Source of the DNA: Paraspadella gotoi
Taxonomy: Eukaryota > Animalia > Chaetognatha
Reading direction: 5' to 3'
Assembly: GCA_051294375.1 (NCBI GenBank)
Contig: CM119266.1
Coordinates: 4,456,832-4,520,831 of the forward strand
DNA: 64,000 nt
Made by a program: the position numbers and the translations under genes. Below the pieces are notes generated by a model, which was not told where the DNA came from, did not search any database, and saw nothing but the letters and a program-made list of their open reading frames with translations. This document shows, piece after piece, positions 1-13,391 of the stretch; position 1 is the stretch's first letter, and every line of letters begins with the position of its first letter.

Positions 1-230
1 TCTCTCTCTCCCCCTAATTGCCGGTCTAATGATGAGAAAACGCGCTGATTTTTCGAAATCGATTATCTCACGATCCGGCTTCTCTTCGCTCTCTTCTCTC
101 CTTCTCGTTCTCCTCTCGTCTTCGTTTCTCTCTCTCTCCTCTCTCTCTCTGCTCTCTGTTCCTAGTTAACAAAAAACATAACATGGACTTTATTCAAACA
201 AAAAATTTCTCCTCTAAAAAGAGAAACAGG

Positions 231-1195
231 TTTCTTCCTTGTAAATTGTAGTCGTCGTCGTCGTCGGTTCTTGATGTAATTAAAAACAACAAACCATCTT
301 CCCCCCCCAAAAAATCGAACAGAATATCTTATAATTTTTTTAAAATTGTATTATATATACAATATAATTAATTATATATTATTATTATTATTATTAGTAT
401 AATGTTACTTAATTATTTTATTATGATTATCGAATATTAATTATATCTCGAGTCATATTTATCATGGTCATTTATTGCTGTATTATAATTCTCATTAATA
501 TCATTATATAATAGCTTAAATAGTTACCAAGGACCACCCACATACCGGTCACACACGTCGTCCAAGGTGACAGTTTAATCTGTGTTAGTTTGACATGGGT
601 TGATACATATTTTTTTATATTGATGGCTGTAATTGTTTCATGATTAATTAATATTTATTGATCTGTCTATTGACTGAATAACTCATATATTATTGAAATA
701 TTATAAAGCATTTCTCTTTTGTCTCATCTTTGTTTAAGTGACTTTACTGATTATACCGGCCACCTGCGCGTCGTCGTCTAGTGACTGAGTGGGTCTGGGA
801 GAAGTTGCCTTCGAGTTCATGTCAACCTGTCTAACCAGAATTAACCAGAATCACAGAAGGGTGTAAATACTTAAAATAGTAGTAATAGTATTACAAGTAG
901 ATTTAAACAGACCGACCGACCATGAAAGTGACTTTTAGGGGCTCGGGGGGCGCGGAAGCAAATGAGCAGACATTGGGTGTCCTTGTTGTGAATCGAGTCT
1001 TTCTTGGTGAGCGTGAAAGTTTTTCCACGTCACTGCGATTGTGAAACTTTGCTGAATGTCCGTCACAGCTTCATTAAGTTGCGACTCTCTCGCCGGCGCG
1101 CCAACCGATTCACTTTAATAATTTTAAAATACGTTTTATGTTTTGTTTATGTTCTTTTTGTTTATGTTCCCTTTGGTGTGTATAAAGTCGTAAGT
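231..1195 (+). repeat. Noisy direct copy of ~2511-3365
   Basis: The same anchors occur in the same order (ttcttccttgtaaattgtagtcgtcg; aattaaccagaatcac; tagatttaaacagaccgaccgacca; ccgattcacttta), with many 1-3 nt insertions. Confidence 0.85.
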
Positions 1196-1456
1196 TAATT
1201 CTCTTGCGAGGGGTTTAGAGGGGCAAGGGTGGTAAGGTGACGATGGGTAGGGGCTAAGGGACATCACGAGAAAAACCGTGATCAGGTTTTCACTTCTGAT
1301 TCAAGATTTGACTTTAACTTCGCCCAAAACAAAAGAAGCGTATCGATGTTGGCTCTTTTTTCACAGAGCGACCCATTTCTGTTATTTTATCGCAGAATTC
1401 AATTTTAGCCTTAAATTAAGGCTTAATACTTAATTGAAGCATGTTCGTAAAGTTTA

Positions 1457-1495
1457 AAATTTGAAATTTGAAATTTGAAATTTGAAATTTGAAAT
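1457..1495 (+). repeat. (TTTGAAA)n 7-bp tandem repeat
   Basis: About 5 consecutive units are visible. Confidence 0.9.
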
Positions 1496-2654
1496 GTGAC
1501 GTTTTGTAGAGGAATTCGTTGGTCGTTCAGTCGATCGATCGATTTGATTATTCAATGATGTTGATTTTAACGTTTGAGAAACATTACTGTTAATACTTAG
1601 GCCGTGTTTTTAATAAAGATATCAAAATATTTAATATGAGAAAAATTAGTTACGATTGTTATCAAAAGTTTACGTTATTCTTTTTATAGACTAATTTTAA
1701 TTGAATGCAACGAATCTTTACGTCGTCGTCGTCGTCGTCGTCGTATCCAGGGATTTGAAAATAACTAAGAGCGAAAGATTAAACCAAGAAGAAAAAAACT
1801 GAGAACAGAAAAAAACCCAGAAAAAACCAGAAAAAAACAGAAATAGAAAAAGAAAAAGGTAACTAGGAACTTGATATTCGCGAAGAACAGGAAAAAGTCC
1901 CGGGGAGAGAGAGAGGAAGAATTAAAAAAGAATAAGAGAGAGAGAGAGAGAGGGACGGAGAGGGCGAAACTAAATCTCTCTCTCTCTCTCTCTNNNNNNN
2001 NNNNNNNNNNNNNNNNNNNNNNNNNNNNNNNNNNNNNNNNNNNNNNNNNNNNNNNNNNNNNNNNNNNNNNNNNNNNNNNNNNNNNNNNNNNNNNNNNNNN
2101 NNNNNNNNNNNNNNNNNNNNNNNNNNNNNNNNNNNNNNNNNNNNNNNNNNNNNNNNNNNNNNNNNNNNNNNNNNNNNNNNNNNNNNNNNNNNNNNNNNNN
2201 NNNNNNNNNNNNNNNNNNNNNNNNNNNNNNNNNNNNNNNNNNNNNNNNNNNNNNNNNNNNNNNNNNNNNNNNNNNNNNNNNNNNNNNNNNNNNNNNNNNN
2301 NNNNNNNNNNNNNNNNNNNNNNNNNNNNNNNNNNNNNNNNNNNNNNNNNNNNNNNNNNNNNNNNNNNNNNNNNNNNNNNNNNNNNNNNNNNNNNNNNNNN
2401 NNNNNNNNNNNNNNNNNNNNNNNNNNNNNNNNNNNNNNNNNNNNNNNNNNNNNNNNNNNNNNNNNNNNNNNNNNNNNNNNNNNNNNNNNNNNNNNNNNNN
2501 NNNNNNNNNNTTCTTCCTTGTAAATTGTAGTCGTCGTCGTCGTCGTCGTCGTCGTTCTTGATGTTAATTAAAAAACAACAAAACCATCTTCCCCCCCCAA
2601 AAAAAAATCGAAACAGAATATCTTATATTTTCAAAATTGTATATATACAATAAA

Positions 2655-2695
<41 letters not shown>

Positions 2696-2698
2696 CAA

Positions 2699-2744
<46 letters not shown>

Positions 2745-3417
2745 ATTATTATTAATATTAAAGACCACCACCATAACCTGTCAAAAGTCAAGGTGAAGTT
2801 TATTGTTTATTGAAGGAATGAATGATTTTTATATTGATTGTACCAATTTTTAAATAATAAATATTTTATCTGTCTGTTATTGACTGAAATAACTATATAT
2901 TATTAAAATTATATAGCATAATTCTTTTGGTCTCATCTTATTTTTAAGTGACTTTATTAATATAGGATATATTTCTGACAAATGTCTTCGAGTTCATTCA
3001 AACCTTTTAACCAAAATTAACCAGAATCACAAAAGCTATAAATACTTAAAATATAAATAAAATATATTAACAGATAGATTTAAACAGACCGACCGACCAA
3101 CAAGTGACTTTTAGAGAACTCGGGGCGCAACCAAAAATGAGCAACAACTGGTCCTTTTTGTGAATCAGTTTTTTGACGGTGAAGATTTATCCACGTCACT
3201 GACGAGTTGTGAAACTTTGCTAATGTCCTTTCACACTTCATTAAAGTTCACTCTCTCGCCCCGCCAAACCGATTCACTTTATATAAACTTTTAAAATAAC
3301 GTTTTATGTTTTGTTTATGTTTCTTTTTTGTTTATGTTTTCCCTTTTGTTTATAAAGTCGTAACGTTTATTGAGTTTGAAAAGATCTTTTTTGACGAAAG
3401 CATAAACTGATTCGACC

Positions 3418-3479
<62 letters not shown>

Positions 3480-4075
3480 CGTGTGTGGGTTCAAAGATGT
3501 CAAAGGAATTTATCTCAGAATCTTAGTCGAATAATTATTTTTGACAATAAAAACGTTAATTAGTTCGAGTTTCTGTCAAATAATCCAATTTCATGAGGAA
3601 AAAAAAATTATAAATGTTTTTAATTATATCAAATCGCTGTTTAAAAACGGGCGGACCGACAATAGACTAGTAAACGGACTCATGAACCAACGAATCTCAC
3701 CCAAATTTTGCTAATTTTTGGGGTAAAAAAGTTTTAATTGTTCAAAATAAAATCATAATTCAAAATAATGGAATCAGATCGAGTTGAGTAGTACATAAAT
3801 ATCCGTCTCCCCTTAAACTCAGTCCCTCATCGTTACAATTACAAATAATCTCGATCCACTTCGACGCGAAATGTAGGATTTTGTGATTTTGTGATGATCG
3901 GCGAATTTGTGAAGGATTTGTGAAAATTAGCCGATCGATGATGACTAACGACGACGACGATGAAGACGACGACGACGACGACGACGAAACATCATCTCCT
4001 TCTGTCAGAAGCGAAATTCAATCCTTTTTTCTTCTCATCTCATCTCGATTTTCTTGACCCTAAACTCGATATATC

Positions 4076-4440
4076 GCTTCTATGCCCGCTCCTATGCCCG
4101 CTCCTATGCCCGACTTATAAGCCAGCTCTTATGCCCGACTTATAAGCCGGCTCCTATGCCCGACTTATACGCCAGCTTCTATACCCGTTCATGCACCAGT
4201 CTTATGCCCGCCCCAATATCCGCTTCTATGATCGCTCCTACGCCCGCTTCAAAGCCAGCTACAATGCCCTTTTGTCCGTTTCTGTGCCCGCTCCATCGTC
4301 GCTCCTGATTCCTTTCTTTTGTCTGCTCCTACGTCCGCTCTCAGTACCGCGGCTGATCCTTTGCCCGCTTGTTTCCCGCTTGTTTTTATTATCCCAGGAC
4401 TATGCCCGCTCTTATACCTGTTTCTGTACCCGCTTCCATA
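4076..4440 (+). repeat. Degenerate 12-bp minisatellite (CTATGCCCGCTC-like)
   Basis: ctatgcccgctc occurs three times, then decaying variants (ttatgcccgact, tataagccagct). This explains the LLCP/YARS/PAP repeats in the ORF track. Confidence 0.8.
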
Positions 4441-4938
4441 CTGGCTCCCAGTGGGCATTGCCTTTTCTTCCCCTCTTTTGACCGCTTATTCTCTTTTTAA
4501 CAAGTACGCGTCGTCCCACCCTTTCTCCTCTCCTCTCTCTCTCTCTCAGCTGTCCTCTCTCTCTCTCTCTCTCTCTCTCCTCTCTCTCCCCTCTCTCATG
4601 CTCAACTTGCCCGAGCAAATCAACCTCCATTCCGCCCGAATTGGGTCCTTTCCCCCAAAAACTAAACTAAACAATAACGTTACCACCATATCGCTACACA
4701 ACGCACCATCGCCCTCCTCACCCCTAATCCATGCCCCCTGTCCCCCTGGACGCCCCTCCACAACCCCTATCCCACCCCCTAAACCCGCTTCCCCCCCCTT
4801 AATTGCGCCTTGGCTCCTGAACGAAGGTTTTCCCTCCCGCGGAGATTCGACGGGGATTCGATAGAGAGAGAGACTCTGGGGTCGAAGAAGAGGGGAAGGA
4901 GAGAGGAAGGGGGATGGAAGGAGGAAAGGGTATAGAGT

Positions 4939-5115
4939 GGGGATTGGGAAGTCAGAAAGTGGGGATTTTGGCGTGGGGATTTGGGTTGGGGATTGGCGTG
5001 GGGATTTTTGCGGGGATTTGGCTTGGGACTGGCGTGGAGACTGGCGCGTGGGGGATTGCGTGAGGAATTGGCGAGGGGATTGAATTGGGGATTGAAGTGG
5101 GGATTGGCGTGGGGA
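4939..5115 (+). repeat. G-rich degenerate 12-bp minisatellite (GGGGATTGGCGT-like)
   Basis: Repeated ggggatt(t)ggcgt / ggggattgaa units give more than 10 G-runs. Confidence 0.8.
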
Positions 5116-5879
5116 AATGATTGGTTGAAAACTGGAAGAAGAAAGAAATTATGTGAATCGATGTTTTTTTGGCAAAAGAGAAAAAAATTTCTCTGCTTGA
5201 AATTGAAACGATTTTTCGCAAATTTGATGTCAGACATTTTTTAATCACTTGGGATCCAAAGTATTTTTTTTCCGCTAATTAAATTTAATGGATTCGGTTA
5301 AAAAAAAAATTGATTGGTCGAATTTAACATTTAATATTTAACAGACATTGTGCTAAATTTAGTCGAGTCACATGGAGATTTTAAGAGATTTTTCAAACTG
5401 AAATAAAATAAATTAATTGGTGTTAGGGTTAGAGATTAGGTTAGATCAGTTAGGAATTTGATAATAGATCAGGTAAACATATTAAAAAACAGAAATGTTT
5501 TTCCAAAATGTGCAGGTTCGATAGAGTGAACCAGGAAAGGGGCAGGCAGTCTCACATTCACAATTGGGAAAAGGGCGGAGGGGAGTCGAGAATTGTTTTC
5601 GTGACTAATCACCGATACTTCCTTCTTTCGAGTCACGAGCTTAAAAAGACTCACGGAAAATCGGCCTTCACGGTTTTTTGTGAGTTAAGTGAAAACAGAG
5701 AGAATCACAAACGATGAGTTTCGATACACATCTGGTTTGAAGAGTTTTTTTTTGTATCTCGTACAAACTCAGAAATTTGAATGAACGAAAGAGAAAAAAA
5801 AGTTTGAACAAATTTACGAAAAAGAAGAACAATTCAGAAAAAAAAAGGATTCGATTGAAATAGAAAAATCTTCTAATAT

Positions 5880-5990
<111 letters not shown>

Positions 5991-6700
5991 TCTCCCTCCC
6001 CCAATATCAGAAATAAAAAAAGAAGAATGTAGACGAAGAATCAAAGGAATAAACCGAGAAATAAAAACCCAGAGATTCGTGCCAATTCGGGCGGCGTGCC
6101 TTCGACCGAGTTTTTTTGGCACTCTTTTCCGAAAGCGCACCGTTTCAACTTAAATTAAGAATCAAGTTTGTTTTTAAGTTTAATAAAGGTTAGGGATTAT
6201 CGATTAAATATAAGGATTAAGGTTAAAGATTAGGTTAAGGATTAAATTTAAATTTAAATAAGAGTTAAAGATTAAATTAAATTTTTATTAAAAATTTAAT
6301 AAAAATTTCAATATTGAATTAAAGTTAAATATTAAAGTTAAAATAAAATTTACCGATTAAAAATCGAACTGGGTCAATATCAGAAAATAACGCCTTTTTT
6401 TTTTCAATATCATAGCGCGGTTCAAACAAAATCTCTTTCACGATATATTTAAGGAGGAAAGTATTTCCTCTTAGCGAAAAGAGATAAAGGAACGGGCGAA
6501 GCAAAAGGGGGGTGTGGGGGGGGAGAGAGAAAGGAAAATAAAGGAAATAAAAGGGAAGAACCACTTGGAATTGAGAGAGAGAGACTCTTTGTTGAAAGAG
6601 AAATAAAAAAAAGAAAAAAAGGAAAAAAGTAAAAAAGTATGACAACAAGCCGATAATGATTTTCTGTTGGAAACGTCGATCTTTACTTGCGATCGCGAAC

Positions 6701-6804
6701 TGGCAAAGGTGGTAAAAAAATGGCAAAAGTGGCAGAGGTGACGATATATGGCAGAAGGTGGTAAAAAAATGGTAAAAGTGGCAGACGATATATGGCAAAA
6801 GGTG
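6701..6804 (+). repeat. ~45-bp minisatellite, ~2.3 copies
   Basis: tggca(a/g)aaggtggtaaaaaaatgg(c/t)aaaagtggcaga...cgatata is repeated. Confidence 0.8.
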
Positions 6805-7961
6805 TCAAAGAAAATAAGCGAAAAAAGAGAATCGGTTGCGTTGGGAAAATTGATTGGATGGAATTCTGCGGAATGAGGAAGAAATTACATGACACCAATT
6901 TGCAATTTGATTGCAATGACGGTTTGACGAATTTCGTTATTAAATCGTCTGGCGAAGAGACAGTTTTAGAGACAGAAAGAAAAAGATAGAAAGACAAATA
7001 GTTATCACGCAGGCAATAACGTAATGAGAGACAAAAACAAACGAGGTAAAGAGAGCAGCTGCCGCCCCCCCCAAAAAAAAAGAAAGAAAAAAGAAAGATG
7101 ATGATCTAAATATGCAAATATTTTTTCCTCAACCTGGCATCTGACCAAACGAGGCATATAGATCGCGGGAACTCTTCGTACTTGGGAATTAATCGAGTAA
7201 CAGAAAAATAAAGAGGGATTCGTTACGGGCGCTGAAATTCTTTTTGGGGGGAACGAAACATGAAAAAAAAACGTTATCACCTTTTCTCGTCTCTCGATTG
7301 GCGAAAGAGAGAATCCCTGTTAAGGAGAAAACCTGCGGGTCGGTTCGGAGGGAGAGACGAGAGAAGAGAGAGTAGAGAGAGGCGAACCGNNNNNNNNNNN
7401 NNNNNNNNNNNNNNNNNNNNNNNNNNNNNNNNNNNNNNNNNNNNNNNNNNNNNNNNNNNNNNNNNNNNNNNNNNNNNNNNNNNNNNNNNNNNNNNNNNNN
7501 NNNNNNNNNNNNNNNNNNNNNNNNNNNNNAGAGAGAGAGAGAGAGAGAGGCGACGAGGAATGGCGGGGTCTAAACATGACATTAAATTCCAAGGGTTCCA
7601 AAATTTAGATATGTTCAATGTAGAAACCGAAGAGAAAAAAACTAAGAGATAGAGAGAGAGAAGAGGGAAAGAGAGGAATAGAGAGAAATTCGGACAAATT
7701 GAAAAAAAAAATTTAACCAACATTTAATAGGTTTATCTTCTCATACAATTAGCGAATTAGCAAATTTAATTCCAAATTAGCAAATTAACTAATCCAATTC
7801 TCAGGTTAAATTAATTTAAATTAATTTTAAATTCTCTCCCTAGAAACGATATTTGATATTTTGTCTCATGTTTTTTTGTCTTTCTAATTTTTTCCTGCGC
7901 TGCAAATAATTACTGATTATTGCGGCGCTGCAGCGAGTGCGGCTGCGGCGCTGCAGCGAGG

Positions 7962-8100
7962 TTTTCTATTTTCACCGCGAGTTTTCGCGAATCATCTGTA
8001 TAAGACTCTTGGGTGTCGGTCGGTCGGTCGGTCTGTCCGTTCGTCGGTCTGTCCGTTCGTCGGTCTGTCCCACTTACGTTTAAAAAATCCATAACTCAGG
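7962..8100 (+). mobile_element. Helentron/HINE (DINE-1-like) non-autonomous element end, partial
   Basis: A T-run is followed by a short palindrome CGCGA-gttt-TCGCG (7976-7989), a (GTCG/GTCC/GTCT)n tract (8015-8070) and ...cataactc. This order resembles the terminal block of HINE-type elements; no database check was possible. Confidence 0.4.
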
Positions 8101-8981
8101 TAATACTGCATCATTTCAGTTCATACTGTTAACATGCATACATAAAAAGAAAGTAAATGCGGCGCAAGACATTAGAAATTTCTGTTTCCTATTTAAATCG
8201 TAGCGATTGTCGTTGTTGTCGTTGTTGTTGTCGTTGTTGTTGTCTTCCCTTTTCTTTCGCCTTCGGCTTCGTCAACTCAGCGACGTCTTCGCCAATTATC
8301 GTCCAATAAGATTCGATTTCCTCGGCCACGCCNNNNNNNNNNNNNNNNNNNNNNNNNNNNNNNNNNNNNNNNNNNNNNNNNNNNNNNNNNNNNNNNNNNN
8401 NNNNNNNNNNNNNNNNNNNNNNNNNNNNNNNNNNNNNNNNNNNNNNNNNNNNNNNNNNNNNNNNNNNNNNNNNNNNNNNNNNNNNNNNNNNNNNNNNNNN
8501 NNNNNNNNNNNNNNNNNNNNNNNNNNNNNNNNNNNNNNNNNNNNNNNNNNNNNNNNNNNNNNNNNNNNNNNNNNNNNNNNNNNNNNNNNNNNNNNNNNNN
8601 NNNNNNNNNNNNNNNNNNNNNNNNNNNNNNNNNNNNNNNNNNNNNNNNNNNNNNNNNNNNNNNNNNNNNNNNNNNNNNNNNNNNNNNNNNNNNNNNNNNN
8701 NNNNNNNNNNNNNNNNNNNNNNNNNNNNNNNNNNNNNNNNNNNNNNNNNNNNNNNNNNNNNNNNNNNNNNNNNNNNNNNNNNNNNNNNNNNNNNNNNNNN
8801 NNNNNNNNNNNNNNNNNNNNNNNNNNNNNNNNNNNNNNNNNNNNNNNNNNNNNNNNNNNNNNNNNNNNNNNNNNNNNNNNNNNNNNNNNNNNNNNNNNNN
8901 NNNNNNNNNNNNNNNNNNNNNNNNNNNNNNNNNNNNNNNNNNNNNNNNNNNNNNNNNNNNNNNNNNNNNNNNNNNNNNNNN

Positions 8982-9537
8982 CACCTCGAATCGCGACTCA
9001 TTCCAATCCACTTCAATTGCTCCTCAATTGCTCCTTCATGGCTCCACCCAACCCTTAATCCATCGCTCCTCTTCCTCCTCCTTCACGTTTGCCGCTTCAC
9101 TGTACGATGACTAAGCTTCTTCTTTAGATTATATTTATAATTAATTATATTTATAATTAATTATATTTATAATTAATTATATTTATAATTAATTATATTT
9201 ATATTTATACATAAAGCAAATTTTGTGCTGGAAGATCTAAAAAGTTTTCCCCAGATACAATATTTTTCAAGTTTCCTCAGCTTATTGTCAAAAAGTTTTA
9301 TTTTATCTTTGTAGATCTATAATTTATGTCAAGTTAAACAATAGATTTATACAATTTTTGTATCTATTTGTATGTCTTTAACATGTACAGTTTCAAAAAC
9401 TACTTAGTAAACCAAAAAAAAACCCCTCCGACCCCCCTTCTCCCACTCCATCTCCCTCCCCCCTCTCTCTCCCCCTCACCCGGGGCGCGAATGGATGCGT
9501 CATTTCGAAAATTAGAATCGAAGTTGAGTGACGACCA

Positions 9538-9568
<31 letters not shown>

Positions 9569-10350
9569 TGATCGGTGATGATGATAAATCGAAATCGATC
9601 TTCACAGAAACTAGAAACGATCGAGGATGAACACGGGTTCGGAATTAAGCGGGATGTTACCAAGATTTTGATGAATAGTTTTGTATTAAAGCAACTTAAA
9701 TTAACAGTTTATTAGTGTTAGGATGTGTTTATAAATTCATCTTGAAAATGAATTAGGAAATTATGGCGATGCCGATTAATAGAGAAAATTAACCATTAAA
9801 TAATTTTATATTGATAAATATATATATTGATATATATATTGATAAATCTCAAAGCTTCCTACTTAATTATCCCGACTTTGTAGACAGCGTGTCTCCGACC
9901 GCAAAAACTTCTCGTTAAAATCATCGATCGAATTCACTACGAACCGAAATTCACTACGAACCGAAATTCACTACGAACCGAAATTCACTACGAGCGACTC
10001 TCATCTCAAAACTGTCCGACTGAATTTCGGGATCCATATTTTTGAACTCAATTATTTTTTGTATAAAAAATTAATTTTTTTTTGTCCCTTTTTTCGTTTT
10101 TTTAAATATTTAGTTATTTAGTCAATTTAATTTTTTATTCCCCATTTTTCCCGAAATTCTCTTTTTTTAGGCAGATTTTTTTTTTCATTTTTTCTCAAGT
10201 TTTTCAAAATGTTTCATTTTTTTCAAACTTTTTTTCTCTCTTTTCTTTCTTCGCCTTTCAAGACTCTTGTTCTCACTTTCGTGGTTTCTTTAGCTTTCCT
10301 CCGTTTTGCCACTTAACACTCGCGCGAGCTCTCTCTCTCTCTTTGATTCT
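8982..10350 (+). repeat. Direct near-identical copy of ~18387-19755
   Basis: The match is collinear from cacctcgaa...gcgactcattcc to ctctctttgattct. It includes a 16-bp AT repeat, (CAT)n and a 17-bp minisatellite. Confidence 0.92.
9930..9993 (+). repeat. 17-bp minisatellite (CGAACCGAAATTCACTA) x~3.7; second copy at ~19329-19393
   Basis: Perfect tandem units are visible. Confidence 0.9.
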
Positions 10351-10351
10351 G

Positions 10352-12350
10352 TGATGAGAGAAGGGAGGGAGGCAGAGAATGAGAGAGATCGATGAGAATG
10401 TGCATGATAGTTTTGGTGATTTGTTTGTGCTCTTTAAATGCTGAGATTTAGAATTTGATAGTTTTAAAGCGGTGGTATAATTTTTTTTAAAACGATTTAT
10501 CGATTTGGACTTTTGAATTGTATTTTTTCAAGAACATGAAATATATAAAAGATTATTTGAATTCGGATGTGTGTGTACGAAGATTTAATTTTGAAATTTT
10601 GGAGATTATTTTTGCAATTTTGGTCGTTGTCGAGACTCGAGATAAAATGAAAAATCTCTTCCGGCCAAAAATTTCCAGCGTCGGAACGCGCATAACACCA
10701 GCAGTCGTCGTCGTCGTCCGTACGTCTTCATCGTCAGTCGTTCGTCGTCGTCTTCGTCGCCGGGTTGTCATGCGACAATCTTCGGACACCTGACATGTTC
10801 GTGACGTGCGTGTCACAACAATGTTCGTGTGTAATGTTTTTGTAGGGCTAAAGTCTTAAATATTAAACTCATTGCTTAAATATATACCAAGGAGCAAACC
10901 GCGGCGGTAGCTGTGAGGAGCTGGAGGCGAAGGAGATCGGAGATGAACCGCAAGAACAGATCAAGGAAGGAAAGGACTCGACAGGAGTATGAGATCACTC
11001 TGACCGGGAACACGAGTAGAGATAAGAGAGAAGAACTGACGGGAGAGGAGGAGAGAGAAGGGTAGGGCGGCAGAGTAGGATAGTAGAGCGAGTGGAAGGA
11101 TGAAAGAGAGAATGAAGGAGAGAGAACGAGAAGGATGGAGAGGAGAGAGACCTTCTCGCCTGTCTTTAGTTTTAGGCGTCGTACTGGCACCGTCTATAGG
11201 ATTGAAAACGTGAAGCCTGTTTTTTAGATAGGAAGCAGAGAGCCAAAAGAATTTTTTGGAATTTAACAGACGGGATTTTTGATAAAAATATGGATTATTG
11301 TGGCAAGGTTATTTTATACCACCGCCATCAACATCCACCAGAGAGCGTTTCAACACCCTATCCCAAGGCGTTGAGGAGGTGTTCCCGGTCCAGCCAGCGA
11401 CCTAACAAACACTTTCTCTCTGCGTTGCGCCAAAGGCGATGACCGTCCTAAGAAACGGTAGACAGGAGTCGTTCTATTGAGGAGCGTCGGAACTAGCTCG
11501 CCAAAGCCAACATGAGTATGCTCCACTCACAGACAACCCGTGCTGCTCAGCCATAATATAACCTTTAATTTCTTTACTTAAAGTTTATTGTAGTAAGAGG
11601 AAGGGCGTTCGTCGCCGTTAAGTTAATTTAATAACTTTAGACTCTGTGTGATAATATAAAACTAAGCTAACATTGAACTGAGTAGCTTGAAAGGGTATGC
11701 AAATTTATCAAATAACGGCTGTTCATGAATGCTCTTCATGATACCAAAATTTAATATAGCATTTGCGGAAAACGAACATCCATTGTGACTGCGGTCGCTG
11801 TGAGAATTACCACGCCCAGAATTCCACTAGAGTCATGACTGTGAATATTGCTTCGTCCCGCCTGCCGATCGGTGGTCGTCGTCCCAGCAGATCGTGTGTC
11901 GTTCGTACAGTCGTCGTTGTTACATATCGATAAATACGAGGTCGACCCAGTCCAGCGCATCTCAAGGGACATCGTATAGTATTGAGAGAGAGAGAGAGAG
12001 GAGAGAGAGAGTATGGGGAGAGACAGAGAGCAGGGGTACGAGTAGAGAGAGAGAGAAAGAGAGAGATGAGAGAAGAGAGAGAGACGGAGCAGAGAGATAC
12101 GGAAGTAGAGAGAGATGAAGAGGAGAAGAGAGAGATCAAAGAGCTTCTTCATTGTTGTGACCAGGGCCCTACTTGTGTTCCCGACAACAGAGAAAGCTCA
12201 GAAATTGGAGAGACCCTTTAATGATATCCGATGGGCAGAGGTGATCGCAATGGGGGAGGGGAGGAGGGAGGAGGGGGGAGGGAGCCGAGGGGTAGGGGTG
12301 AAGAGAGAGCGAGATGAGTGAGGTAGGGATCAATAAATAAATGGGGAGAG
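10352..12350 (-). repeat. Noisy inverted copy of ~19760-21200
   Basis: Reverse-complement anchors (e.g. tttaatatagcattt..cggaaaacgaacatccatt; aagctcagaaattggagagaccctttaatga) carry dense insertions, and the block ends at a 25-N gap. Confidence 0.85.
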
Positions 12351-12825
12351 AGAGAANNNNNNNNNNNNNNNNNNNNNNNNNTCTCTCTCTCTCTCTCCAG
12401 ATGAGGGTTTCTCTGGTCATAATTTAAACAATGAGTTTAAATTTAAGACTTTAGACTAAAAATTACGATTTTGTGACGACAGTGAAATGTCAGGCCGAAG
12501 ATCGATGACAACGACGACGAAGACGACGACGACGACGACGATGAAGACGACGACGACGACGACGACTGCCGGTGATTTATGACTTCGACGCTGAAATTTG
12601 GCGGAAGAGATTTCATTTTATCTCGAGTTCGACGACCAAATCTCAAAATAAATCTCAAATTAAATCTCAAAAATCGAATCATAAATCTTTTAATATTTCA
12701 TTCTTGAAAAAAATTCAAAAGTCAAATCCATAAATCGTTTTAAAAATTATAACCTTTAAAACTAATCAAATTCTAATCAGATTTAAGATCACAACAAATC
12801 ACAAACTTCAATCACATTCTCATCG

Positions 12826-12861
<36 letters not shown>

Positions 12862-12969
12862 NNNNNNNNNNNNNNNNNNNNNNNNNAGAGCAGAGATATC
12901 CAAGAGGGCCACTGGGTCCACAACCATGAAGAAGCTCTTTGTCCTCTCTCTCCCCCCTCCTTCTCTCTC

Positions 12970-13005
<36 letters not shown>

Positions 13006-13391
13006 ATCATCTCTCTCTCTCATTCATCTCTCTCCTCAAACTATACGAGTCCCTTGAGATCGCTGAGGTCGAACCTCGTATTTATCATGGACAACGACGA
13101 CGACCGACGACAACGACGACAACGACGACGACGACACGACGCATGCGACGAGCAATATTCACAGTCATGACCTCAGTGAATTCTGGGCTGGTATCTCACA
13201 GCGACCGCAGTCATCAAGGATGTTCGTTTTCCGAAATGCTATATTAAATTGTACAAGCATTCAATAAACACTATTTTAATTCATCCCTTCAAGCTTTCAT
13301 CAAAGAGCTAAGTTTTATCACCAGATGTCTAGTTATTAACTACGACAGCTTTTCCTATAAAATAAATTTTAATTAAATAAAGTTATATTAT

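Noticed and set aside
3195-3235. Hammerhead-like CTGACGA...GAAAC...GTC
   Set aside because: Stem II is essentially absent and stems I and III do not pair.
9930-9993. 17-bp and 55-bp (29165-29308) repeats as CRISPR arrays
   Set aside because: They are head-to-tail tandem units without unique spacers, in a eukaryotic context with no cas genes.
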